Assembly: GCF_001194135.2 (NCBI RefSeq)
Contig: NC_068984.1
Coordinates: 32,693,131-32,757,130 of the forward strand
Length of the DNA stretch: 64,000 bases
Source: Octopus bimaculoides
Taxonomy: Eukaryota
Direction of reading: 5' to 3'
The translations under genes and the position numbers were made by a program. The notes under the pieces were generated by a model, which was not told where the DNA came from, searched no databases, and was given only the letters and a program-made list of their open reading frames with translations. Position 1 is the stretch's first letter; each line of letters starts with the position of its first letter. Shown here piece after piece: positions 52,160 through 64,000 of this stretch.

Positions 52160-52311
52160 ATCTCAGCGTTCGACTGGTACTTATTTTATCGATCCCGATG
52201 AATTGAAAGGCAAAATCGATTTCGGCGGGATTTGTACTCAGAACGTAAAGTAGGAGGGAAGCTGCTAAGCATTTTGTCAGGCGCGGTAATGATTCTGTCT
52301 GCTTGTCGCCT
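52160..52311 (-). mobile_element. SINE family C (Deu/Nin-like)
   Basis: GACTGGTACTTATTTTATCGATCCC...GAAAGGCAAAATCGATTTCGGCGGGATTTGTACTCAGAACGT. Confidence 0.72.
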
Positions 52312-52959
52312 GTGAGACACAAATAATATTGAAAATAAGGATTTATCATTTATATATGTATGTGTGCCTAATCTTATGGTATTATTTTAAAAATTTCTTA
52401 TCAGTAGAGAATTGCTGGTCTCCTGCTGATTGTATGTATGCATGTGTCTTTTCTATTTTTTAATTATTATAAATCTTCTGTCGAGGAGGGAGCAGGTTTC
52501 CAACTAAGGTACAAGGCTCCGTCTTTGAAATGTAGTTAACACAGAGAAATTCGCATTTGAAACTTGACAAAAGTCTTGCATATTTTTACTGTTCCACTCA
52601 CAGATTGCACTTGTAACGTAACGAATTAGCCGATCGATTTCTCTTTCTGAAAATCCCAGTTTATCCAGTTGTATGTATGTATGTATGTATGTATGTATGT
52701 ATGTATGTATGTATGTATGTACGTATGTGTGTGTGTGCGTATGTATTCATGCAAACATGCTTATATGCATGCATGTGTGTGCGTAACTACCAAATTTCTA
52801 TCCATCCAGATGACTGTATTGTTTTGAGTGTCTTTCTATTTGTACCTCTTTCGATTTCTCTCGAAGTTTTCACTTTTCCAAATCTCACACATCCAATTTA
52901 ACGTTCTTTTGATCTGTTTGCAGCATTTCTCCCTTAACCTATGTATGCACACGCACACG

Positions 52960-53058
<99 letters not shown>

Positions 53059-53439
53059 TTCTAAATATATTGATCTCTCTCTTCTATTCATATACTTCAC
53101 CCACTTTCTGCTTTGATCTCACAGGTTTTCTTTCTATCGAGATTTCTCCTTTCAGTGTATAGTCTTTCACTGTCCACCTCATCCCACCTCTCTCACTCTG
53201 TTTCTCTCTCTCTCTCTCTTTCCCCTTGATCTTTTTACTTTCTTATCGTACTTTTTCACCTCTCTTTTAAGTCTACGGCTATTTAAACAATGACAAAACT
53301 TAAGTAGAAAAAGATGTTTGGTTAGCTAAGATGCCACCTCTTACATAATCACAAGCTAACGACTCACATTAGTCCTAGAGTAAATATACTTTTTACTGCA
53401 TATGTTGCTGCCATACTTGTTTATCCTTGTCTCTTCCCC

Positions 53440-53800
53440 CAAGCAGACACTGAGTCAATGACAATAGATATCTTTTTCACGGACGCTGTGTACACTGACA
53501 ACGTATGAACGGCAGACATTCGGCTAGTAGACCGATGCAATAATGATTTGTACAACAGAGGTGACTGCCATATCAACCATACATTGCAACTTCATTGTAG
53601 TCGCAATGACTTTTACGGCACAAACGCAGCTAAAGTTCAATGAAATAGGTCCTATAGAGTTGTTAGCATTTATTTTATCTTGAATGGTGCTGATACTTCA
53701 GCCTGGAAAGTAAAGAGACGATAGAAAATACCTTGTGACTTAATGTCTGCCATTCAAACGCTTCAACCAGTCGTGAGTATACTCAATAACTGCCTGTAAT
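53440..53800 (-). mobile_element. possible decayed RNase H domain of a LINE
   Basis: Minus-strand segments YTHDWLKRLNG, FTFQAEVSA and KISIVIDSVSA occur in the order of the YTDGS, FQAE and xDS motifs of LINE RNase H domains, in different frames. Confidence 0.3.
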
Positions 53801-54930
53801 CTCTACCCGCTCTTTTTTCGTCCATTCAGTAACCAGATCTTCATTCCAGGAGCAATCGTTGAGCAGTTCTATAACTGTCACACATTTTTCTTTCTGCCAG
53901 GTTGACGCGTACCAATTTGGTTCTGTGTCCCAGATCAATCATCATGCTCTTCGATATTGAAACATCACCCGTAAGAAAATACGGTTTGCATTACTTTACA
54001 ACCTTTCTGTCAGAGTAACCGTTTTAATTTCTGTCACCCACAGTTTAAATATTAAACATCCACACCTACGAAATTAAATAAATTCCCAATTTAAGTATAT
54101 TAAATGTTAGAGTTAAGACTATAGCTGGAGCATTTTGTTATTCATGGCTTATAATGTTTACTCATTCTTATATCACCAAGAATGTTATACTTTGTTATGC
54201 ATTTTAGCCTAGAACGACCATTTACCATAACATTCCTTCTCTAACATTTCGTTATTTGCTTACAACAAAAATGCTGGAACATCACTAGAAGTATATTGAT
54301 GTAACGATCTTAAGTGATTACCTCAATAGTGGTAGCTACCTTCTTTATTCAGAAAATACATCTCCATTAGAGCAGGAACATTTTCAGCATTTACAGTAAA
54401 ATCATCAGTAACGAAATTCAATGTGATATCTCAACCTCTTAAAAATAGCAGCCATATTTTCCTAAAACTACCACCTTAAAAGGAGCGCGTTTGATGCTAT
54501 ATACCTAGACAGATTGACTTCAAAATAAAAGTCAGGATGAACAAAATAGTTGGACTGTATTTGAACACAGGTTTACTCGACTAGTTTTGACTGGGAACCA
54601 AACAACAAAAACACATATATGATTAAAGTCCTTGGCAACCCCACTGTTCTTAGTTTACTCGATGAGTGAGAAATGTTCGTACTGTAAATAATTAGAAATT
54701 ATGTTTATCAAAAGAAAGGCGTCACAGAAAACATCAACAATCAACCATAAACCAGAGTAAACTTATGATATTAGTGTTATCTACTATTTGGAACACCAAC
54801 TGCCTCTTTAGAATATGGGCTCTTTCAGGATGAATGCAGTGACATGAAGAAATGACTAAGAGGGTACCGCTATGCGCTTTCCCGAAGTGCGAAATAAATC
54901 ACTAGAAATAAGAACGAAATTTTTTTTCTA

Positions 54931-55126
54931 TAGGCTCAAGGCCTGAAATTTCGGGGCAGGAGATAAGTCGACTAAATCGACTCCAGTGTTTAACTCGTAC
55001 TTATTTTATCAACGCCGAAAGGATGAAAGGCAAAGTCAACCTCGGTGGAATTTGAACTCAAAACGTAGCGACGAGCGAAATACCGCTAAGCATTTCGCCC
55101 AGTTTCCTAACGGTCATGCCAGCTTC
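54931..55126 (-). mobile_element. SINE family C (Deu/Nin-like)
   Basis: CGAAAGGATGAAAGGCAAAGTCAACCTCGGTGGAATTTGAACTCAAAACGT...GAAATACCGCTAAGCATTTCGCCC. Confidence 0.8.
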
Positions 55127-58100
55127 TTATACTGCAACTAAACTTTGAAAAAAAGGGCGCATTGGATAGTGCAAGCCTTGATAAAGAGACGGATGTTAAA
55201 TTGAATGTTTGTTGTTGTTGCTACTTCCACTGCAAGCCGATGAGTTTGCAAAAAGGTCATTATTTTCCCTTGCTGAAGCCGATCTAATCTCATAGAGAAC
55301 GTTATGTTTTCCAATCCGTCTTAGTTTGCGATGTCTATTGTGGGTGCCTTTTCATTCATTCCCCATTCTCTGATTGAATAGATTTTGTGAGCTTGAAAGT
55401 GAACTCGGAATGTAGCAGTTGGTTATCTACAGCTTACTGAGACAGAATAGTTAAAAGCTGGAGATTGTGTAACCCTTCCTTATATCAGATATTTGGCTTC
55501 AGAATAACCAACTTTGATAATCAGTGCGCTCAACGTACGTAGATAGAATTTCAAGATTAAATCCCGGAATACTTAGTAAATCACTTCTAGGACACCAGAT
55601 CTAATGCTACTGATTAGCGAGCTACTGCGCAAGAATGAAAGTAAGCTAATTGAAGAGGTAAAATGAAAAGAATAGAAATGCTGATATCTTGTAACAGAAA
55701 ACACAAATGGTCAAATCGATAGAAGAGAAAAGATTTCTAGTAAAGACATTTTACTAAGGATGATCGGTAAGAATGATTGTTACTCATTTATGTTAAACAG
55801 AAATACTACAGTGTTTATGCTAAAGTGCGACCTCTACAGCACAAGGGTATGAAAGTTATTTGATTGATCTGAGTGAAAGAGGCACAACATTGAAACACAG
55901 TTAAAATTTGGTCTTTGACTAACTAAAAGGAGCCTGAGTTCCAACAAGCCCACATGTATAACTCTGGTATGTAAAGAGGCGTGGGAAACTTATAATCACC
56001 ATTATCTGAAGAAGTGATTAACTGAGGCATTAACTCACTGTGACAGGAAAATTTGCCTTATTAGAACATGTCAGATTTGTTAAGTTGACGTCAATTGCAA
56101 TTAGCAGAAGTGAAAGTTTTCCCAGTTATCTTTCTATCTGAAAGTGACCAAGCTTCTGAGAGACGAGGCAGACAAGTGAGTTGGGCATAGTAGATCCTTC
56201 TTTTAAACATAGAATGAAATTATTTCATTCAAACAATGAGGTTTCTATTTGCCCTGAGTAGTATCGTCTGGAAGCTTTAAGTAGGACATTATACGCACCA
56301 TGCAATATATTGTAGATAGCATTAACATTAGAGCTCACCCAAGTTGGGCTCTGACTAAATTAGATTAATTGAAAATATTCACCAACGTTACTCCTCCGTA
56401 CCTGGTGGCTCTGGAGAGTGCGACTGACAGTGATCCTTTCAGATATTCGAGCATTGCATCTGGCAACGACATATTCATGGTTTATCACGTGTGTTCTTTT
56501 ACATAACATTTGAGTAATTTGTAATTTTGAATATTTTCTCTAACTGTTAGATGTAATTAAAAGCATCCGTCTGAAGCTATCGCCGTGGTGATTCACACCC
56601 AGCTGATATGGCATAGGTCTATGCAAAAAACAACTGTTAAGCAGAAACATTTTGTGCGTTTGAAACTAAACGCTTGGACAGCTAAATTCATACTACCGAG
56701 CATTTGAACTGAGAAATAAGTTAAAGTGTTTCACTCGGGAAAGAGGAAACAGGACAAGATAACGACTGACGTAATTACTTCGTCAGAAATGGTTGGAAAG
56801 ACAGCTATCCCCGAAAGGCTGAGCAAAGATAATTAATACTTTCATCGCTTTGCTGTTGTATTACTAGCTGATTCGCGTGCTTTGCTCATATTAAGTGTTA
56901 CTCTTTCAGATATAGTTGAAAAAATGGTTTCTCTGATCAAAAACTGCCAGAATCCACCCTACTGTCTAGGGTTACTGTTCAAACATTCGTGAATCATTTC
57001 TAGAACTTTAGATTAACTATACAGTATTCTACGGCAAAACAGTTCTGCAGAAACAGGAAGACACGTCCTGCATAACCTAAAAGTGTTGTTGTTGTTATTG
57101 CTGCTGCTGCTGCTGCTGTTGTTGTTATAGTTTATTTCAAGATCAGCTATGACTGCAAATCTAAGACAAAAAAATATTCCAGTCATGACAATCTTATTTG
57201 TTTTAGATACACTGCAGATAAAACTGTATCCATTTCTCAAAGCGCGGGTATAATTTTGACGGAAATTTGTCCGCTTTTTCTAACAGTTGAGCGACAACAT
57301 AGAAGTGAGTTTGTTGTCTCGTATTTTCTTGGACTTTTGCCCTGAAATAGAGTAGAAAACCATACGACAAAGTTTCGAAATATAGTGTTTTACAGGGCTT
57401 TTATCTAATTTATTTTAGGACTTACTGTGAGTTAAGTGCATAAATGGTAACACATTGCATTACTGTAATAGTCATTATACGAAACATTATCCAGTAACTA
57501 GTGAGGATGCTAACTGAATATAAAAATATATATTTGCAAGGGAAAGAACTCTTTCCTCTTGCAAGGGAGGCTACTCTGTAGCTTCTATATCAAATATGCC
57601 GACAATCTAATTTTCATTAAGTTCCGTACATCAAACACACACACGCAGATACATGCGCGTGCACACGCACGCACACACACACGCGCACACACACGCACAC
57701 ACACACACACANNNNNNNNNNNNNNNNNNNNNNNNNNNNNNNNNNNNNNNNNNNNNNNNNNNNNNNNNNNNNNNNNNNNNNNNNNNNNNNNNNNNNNNNN
57801 NNNNNNNNNNNNNNNNNNNNNNNNNNNNNNNNNNNNNNNNNNNNNNNNNNNNNNNNNNNNNNNNNNNNNNNTATATATATATATATATATATCCATCCAT
57901 CCATCCGCCCGTCCGTCCCACCGTCCATCCATCTATCCATCCATCCATCCATCCATCCATCCAACCATCCATCCATCCATCCATCCATCCATACATACAT
58001 ACATACATACATCTGGACAAACTGGGATTTTCCGAAAGAAAAAATCGACCGGCTAATTCGTACATCACAAGTGTGCAATCTGTGAGTGACACAGAAAAAT

Positions 58101-58301
58101 ATGCAAGACTTTACTCATGTTCTAAATTTGAATTTGTCTATGCCAACTAATTCCCAAAGATAGAGCCTTGTATTTTTGTTGGGACCGGTTCCCTCCTCAG
58201 TGGAAGATTTATAATAATTGAGAAAATAGAACAGACATATATACATGCAGACATACATATGTATATATGTATGTATGATTTTATGTATGTATGTATGTAT
58301 A

Positions 58302-58336
<35 letters not shown>

Positions 58337-58766
58337 ATGCATGTATGTATGTATGTTTGTATGCATGTATGCATAAAGAAACCAATAAAGAGTAAAACTT
58401 TTCTTCCTTATTTTAAAAAGCTTTATTCGTTCATTCAGGAATATTCCTCACTTATGTGTAACAAATTGAAACAAATAAAGATATGGAAAATGGTCTGTCA
58501 TAACAAAAAAAAAAAATAAAAGGAAAACATTTTTCTTAAGACATCAGCTGAATAATTTGCAGTCATGTCTCTTCTTACCCAAGAAGAAATAAAATTGTTT
58601 ATGTTCACGGTGTTTAGCTCAATACCACTGGGTGGTGCAATTGCACACACACACACACACACACACACGACGTACACACACTTATACTAACGCTCTCATA
58701 TACACAGACACGTATACATACGCACATTCACACGTTCACATACCTATCTATCTATCTATCTATCTA

Positions 58767-58805
<39 letters not shown>

Positions 58806-59040
58806 TTCTATCCATCTATCTATCCACTGCATCTCTCTGCAACCATCTCTGCATAAGTATGTCTAAAAGACACTTACTGAACGAGCAGTATAGTGGGGCC
58901 GAACTCGTAAGTATATACTTTTGATTTGAGTTTCTGAATGAAATGATCGCAGCTGGAACGCCTAAAGCAACGACAAAGAAAACAGCAACAAAGATAATGT
59001 CTTTCTAGTTATTTCGTGCGATAAAATCTGCGCGGTAAAA

Positions 59041-60008
59041 GTCATTTTACTGCAGCCTTGCTGAAATACCGCCTTTAGTCGAACAAATCGACCCCAGAAC
59101 CTATTCTTTGTAAGCCTAGTACTTATTCTATAGGCTTCTTTTGGTGAAGCACTAAGTTACAGGGACGTAAACACATCAAAATCGGTTATCATATGATGGT
59201 GGTGGGGGAACAAACACATACACACAAACATATATATATATNNNNNNNNNNNNNNNNNNNNNNNNNNNNNNNNNNNNNNNNNNNNNNNNNNNNNNNNNNN
59301 NNNNNNNNNNNNNNNNNNNNNNNNNNNNNNNNNNNNNNNNNNNNNNNNNNNNNNNNNNNNNNNNNNNNNNNNNNNNNNNNNNNNNNNNNNNNNNNNNNNN
59401 NNNNNNNNNNNNNNNNNNNNNNNNNNNNNNNNNNNNNNNNNNNNNNNNNTCCGATCTATATATGTGTGTGTGTGTATGTATGTATATATCTAATTTCAAG
59501 AGAGTTAGACGTTGTGAATCCAACCATCTAAGGCATAAGATCTATCAAATATACTGCTGGTAGAATACCCAATTATTGTTTCACAAGTGTTTTTCATTGC
59601 ATGGCAATTACACTACTGAATGTAATAAATGGGTGGGGGTAAAAAGTTATTTTACCCTTAATTTATACTGCAATAAGAAAATGGAGGAGATCAAGAGGTG
59701 GTATTCATCAACTTTTAGACATTATATTATGTCTATTTATTTATTAAAAAAAAAAGCAATTATAACAATATACTGTTATAATTTTCTTTTTTAATATATC
59801 GATAGACATAATATAATGTCTAAAAGTTGATGAATACCACCTCTTGAACCCCTTCACTCTTATATATATATATATATATATATATATGCGACGGGCTTCT
59901 TACAGTTTCCGTCTATCAAATCCCCTCACAAAGCTTTTTTTCGGCCCGTGGCTATAGCAGAAGACATAGTAGCCGAACCACGTGGATGGAAAGCAAACTT
60001 CTGCGCCT
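59041..60008 (-). mobile_element. SINE family B split by an N gap and about 400 bp of unrelated sequence
   Basis: 3' half at 59041-59220 and 5' half at 59889-60008, in the same orientation and correct order. These could also be two independent partial copies. Confidence 0.65.
59691..59847. repeat. perfect 46-bp inverted repeat (long hairpin)
   Basis: 59691-59736 TCAAGAGGTGGTATTCATCAACTTTTAGACATTATATTATGTCTAT is the exact reverse complement of 59802-59847. The 65-nt loop contains an inner AATTATAACA/TGTTATAATT stem. Confidence 0.95.
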
Positions 60009-60349
60009 ATAAATAAAATTTAGCATTCTAAATTTTGAAGTGGTTTAGAAAGTTGTTTCCCTTATTATACAGCTTTAAATAATATAAGCGAAACTCTTCA
60101 GAGTTATTTAACTTGGACTATGCTATTGTTGGTAACCCAATGGAACATAATTACCAGCCTTGAACACAAATTCAAGAAAGTATAAAAAAAAAAAAAGTTC
60201 ATGGGAGACAACTCTTATAAAACTAGGTTATGCATATTTCAATTATGAAGTTCTTTCCCTTTGATTAAAAATGTTTCTCAGAAATAGCGCAATTCTCAAT
60301 ATATTCTTTTATTTGTTTCAGTCACTTGACTGCGGTCATGCTGGAGGTA

Positions 60350-60790
60350 AATTTTTCCCTATCAGTGAGACGAAAGGGATTGGCCCACATTCTTCATATT
60401 GATGCCATAAGAAAGATATGAACAATATGAATGGACTTCTTGAGGGCGACATTCATGAAAGGAAGTACTTGAAGAAATGATTTGTCCAAAGTCTAGGGTG
60501 AGTGTTACGCATAAGTAGGATGATGAAAGGAAGAAATACAAGGAGGAGAGCTTGACTGGAGTGATTATGAAGTCAACTATCTGTGAAAAATCGAGAGCGT
60601 CATAGAAGCGAAAGTAAAGGCCAAAACCTGGAGACAACCTGGCCGTCTTTTTATACTAGATAGTCGTTTGCTTCTGTCATGGCTGTTGTGAAGGACGTCT
60701 GTATGTTCAGTTACTGCACCAACCCAAATATGAGAGCAATACTCCATTGCAGGCCTCACCCCCAACTCTGTACAGTATCAATAATTATTG
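60350..60790 (-). mobile_element. CR1/Jockey-group LINE RT C-terminal fragment
   Basis: LLILYRVGVRPAMEYCSHIWVGA matches the LYxxxVRPxxEYCSxIW motif of the RT thumb region, followed by LQVLAF...LSIFHR. Confidence 0.7.
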
Positions 60791-61417
60791 GGACCTGAAG
60801 GACTCCTGGCCACGGAGAACATGCCAGTTGTTGGGATGCAGTTTATGACAGTGAGACACACTAATTGGAACGATTTTGATGTTTGTAGCTGAGTGCTGTT
60901 GATGACTGATGGCATAATGGTGATGATGTTTCCTTCATATGATTCACTTTTATTCTACAGTTGAAAATTGTTAAAATTACCATATCTTCATTGAAGAAAC
61001 CTTTCGAGTTCTCTGTGCACGGAGACATCGTATGCTGTGTTTTGATTGTGAACAGAGAATGTAATTAGATTGGGAGAAGACTGTGAACACAAAATATTAT
61101 GGAGAAATGAAGGAAGGTGTCGTCTACATAACGTGGGTGTTTTTAGATGGAAGAAATCGTTTCAACTCTGCACGAAAATAATTGACTGTTGTTTGAAGGT
61201 CGTATAATTTGAGGGTTCTAACATGCATGGAATGATCATTGCTGTTGTGACTGTTGTTGTGTTTAAAGACTTCTTCATTCCATAGTAAGCAATATGGTCT
61301 CAACCATTCTAGCAGCAACCACCCTGTGTTTAATTTTTTTTATGTGATAATATGCATACGCAGGGTAGTTTTATGCTGTATACACTTCCAGTTTTGGGAC
61401 AATATGCGATTTCAGGG

Positions 61418-61445
61418 AAATTTGGCAGATATTTCTAGCAAATAT
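61418..61445 (-). repeat. old unclassified dispersed repeat (GAAATAGCAGCCAAAT-type core)
   Basis: Related cores on + at about 1060, 3040, 19155, 34445 and 54445, and on - at about 57260 and here. Short and diverged. Confidence 0.45.
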
Positions 61446-62999
61446 GGGCAGTTCACGACACCTTGTGAAGACGTCAGTTTATGTAAATGTGTTCGTTTAC
61501 ATAACTTGTTTGTTTATGTAAGTGTACACATGCGCGTAGGTACACACACACACACACACCTCACACACATATACACACACACTCACACGCGCACATTTGT
61601 ATGCGTGTATATATCTATGCATGTACGTCTGTGTGTCCCAGTGTGCGTGTATGTGTGTATGTGGGGTGTGTGTATAGATGTATGGGTGCGTATTCGTAAA
61701 TCCATGCGTGGTAGTTGCATCTACTTCCTTCTTGTGGTAAGTGTGTGCGATTACAGACTTTGTGTGATGCCTTGGCAGTCATAAGCTAGGTATCAGTGAC
61801 ATGATGCGAGCTGATGTTTGTCGCATACTTATGTTGCATTCTGTCTGTTACTCTATTCAATCTATCTGCGTACGTAGGCTCACGTACAACTCCTAAACAG
61901 AAACAAAGATATACTTCCACACACAACATGCAAAAATACACAGATACACTCTCACACATACATACACGCAGGTGCGCAAATACATACACGCACACCGACT
62001 CACCCTCATGTTATAGAGATGTGACTTGATGCTTGTCATGAATATGTCGTAATGTTGCTTGAGTGTATGAGTGTGTCCCGCTTCATATTCCTTCATCACT
62101 AAATAATTATACGTAAAGTGAAATTACGAAAATCCCCAAGCTCAGCATAAACACAACGTGTAATCGTTACAAACAGTTAGAACGTTGTGTACTTGACGAA
62201 AGCTTCATTAACATACATTGTTCAACTGGTGGTCTTTCCTGAATTGTTCCGATGTAGGTGATCACCAACTACCTTAGTAGCTGTCTTGAGACGTTGAGCT
62301 TCACAAAAATAGGAAGGACACCGTTAATTAAAGCAACAATGACAATTACAAGCCATTAATGGAAGTGTAAGTATCACATTGCAGACGTTTAGCCTGTACT
62401 ACTCACACACTGACACACACACACTGATACATACATGTATGTACATGTATACGTATATGCATGTACATACACACACGCTCGCGCACAGACACACACTCAT
62501 AAAATCTCTATTCGTGCTTGAAGTAGTATACAAACCAAAGAGGTAGTGTTTATTGCTACTTTAATGTGGCTATTCTCTTAGTGACGACGATACTGCTATT
62601 TTAACCCCAGGAAGACATCTTCTCCAGCTGGTAAATTCAATGCGCTTTCGCACCCCGATATTTATTAGAAGCGGGAGATAACTCCTGCCACCTTAGCTTC
62701 GAGATTATGAGACCACCAGATTTCGATCTTACTGGATTTCTTTGGTGGTGGGCACTCGTTTGCCAGGCATGGCAGTAGTCTAAATACCCTTGCAACATAT
62801 GGAAAATACAGTGTTATTAAATCACTGATTTTGTAACTAGGAAACTAGTCCGTTTGCAAATATCTGTTCGCGATCGAAGCAGTACACGAACCAAAAAGGT
62901 AGCGTTTACCCCACTTTTATGTAGTTGTTCTCTAAGAGACGACGATACTGTTATTTTAACACCAGCTTGTTAACTCGTTTTTCCCACCATCCCTAGCTA

Positions 63000-63403
63000 A
63001 AACTTCTATGTGAGAAGCGAGTGAGGAGTATCACCGGATGATAATGAAAGAGGAAGTGAGCGTGATGCACAATTACGTCCCCTGAGAATAAAACCGACAA
63101 GACTGTTTTTAGCATGAATGACGTTGAAATTGCCCACAAGGCGGAATATTCCAAGAAAAACACCATTAAAAACCAATTCTGTCGACAGCAAGAACTGCAG
63201 CAAACGATAATAACGCAATTTCAAGTGGAACAAACTAGAAAAACCGTGGAATTCAACAACACCGAAGATGGAAACGAAAACCAACCAAAATCATAAAGTG
63301 TGCGATTTGACAAACGACACTATCAACACCGAAGACTACGCTAGACAAATATATCAGCAACAACAATAGCAGCAGCAGCGGCAGCAGCAGCGGCAGCAGC
63401 AGC

Positions 63404-63446
<43 letters not shown>

Positions 63447-64000
63447 GCGGCGGCGGCAACAGCAGTAGCATCAGCAACAACAACAACAAGTATAGCAACA
63501 ACAACAAGTATAGCAACAACGAAAGAACAAACCGTCAAGCCAGTATAATGGCAATTACAAACAGCAGTCTCTCTTTCGCTCATGGAACCAAGTCCTCTTT
63601 TGAGAGAGTAAACTTCTCTAAAGAAGAAATACAAAACACCAGATAATTGGTCGAGCGAGATGGCCTAACTGTCAAACTCAACACCCGTTCGACACCACTC
63701 AAAATACCGTACTTCACGCAGTGACATACAGTGCAATTGGACTAAAGTCAAGAAAGGTGGAATGAACTACTGAGGCTCAAACCAAAAAAGGCATGAGGTT
63801 CCATTTGGATCTTAAAAGAATATATCCAAAGAGGAAGGTGTTATGGAACGGTGGAAATGAGATTTCAAACAAAGGAGGAAGCAAAATCTCCCTGTCTGGA
63901 TGCCATGAAAAGGGAGGGATTCTTTTTATTTCCGTGGTTGGTACTTGTCGTCAGTGGTTTGTTATAGGAGACGCAGACATGCGCCACTCTATAAAGGTCA
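63000..64000 (+). mobile_element. possible decayed LINE 5' region and ORF1 with an expanded (CAG/CAA)n tract
   Basis: Purine-rich, codon-like sequence with YGTVEMRFQTKEEAKS near 63840-63890, reminiscent of RRM-type ORF1 segments. (CAG)n at 63355-63500. No long open frame. Confidence 0.25.

Noticed and set aside
63341-63520. PolyQ or polyA coding repeat of a host gene
   Set aside because: The (CAG)n tract is not embedded in a sustained open frame with credible flanking protein sequence; it looks like a microsatellite within a decayed element.
636-63634. Most ORFs in the six-frame track (poly-YI, HT, CV, ER, LS, D, M, A, X)
   Set aside because: They are translations of microsatellites or run through N gaps. 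None has a supportable protein domain.
1-64000. Window-wide strand bias of retroposons implying a host transcript direction
   Set aside because: Families B and C lean minus, but A and D are plus and counts are too small to support a direction.

Overview
AT-rich, repeat-saturated eukaryotic (animal) DNA from a gapped short-read scaffold. I could not support any intact host protein-coding gene, tRNA, rRNA or CRISPR locus, so this is probably intergenic or deep intronic sequence. Almost every ORF in the supplied track is a translated microsatellite, an N run or a transposon fragment. The SINE families and extreme microsatellite density resemble an octopus genome (inference from recalled repeat families, not a database search). 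Recognisable content: about 13 tRNA-headed SINE copies of four families; two inverted relic copies of a Penelope-like retroelement RT; an R4/Dong-like LINE fragment with a CCHC finger; several CR1/Jockey-group LINE fragments; a full-length decayed mariner, a mariner deletion derivative and a Tc1/mariner MITE; a complete non-autonomous Helitron; and a long-TIR foldback element. The most interesting structures are a type I hammerhead ribozyme motif within a hairpin cluster (44055-44198, minus strand), a perfect 46-bp inverted repeat (59691-59847), a repeat-plus-variable-spacer array in a retroposon 3' region (4925-5232), and apparent microsatellite-associated insertion of SINEs.
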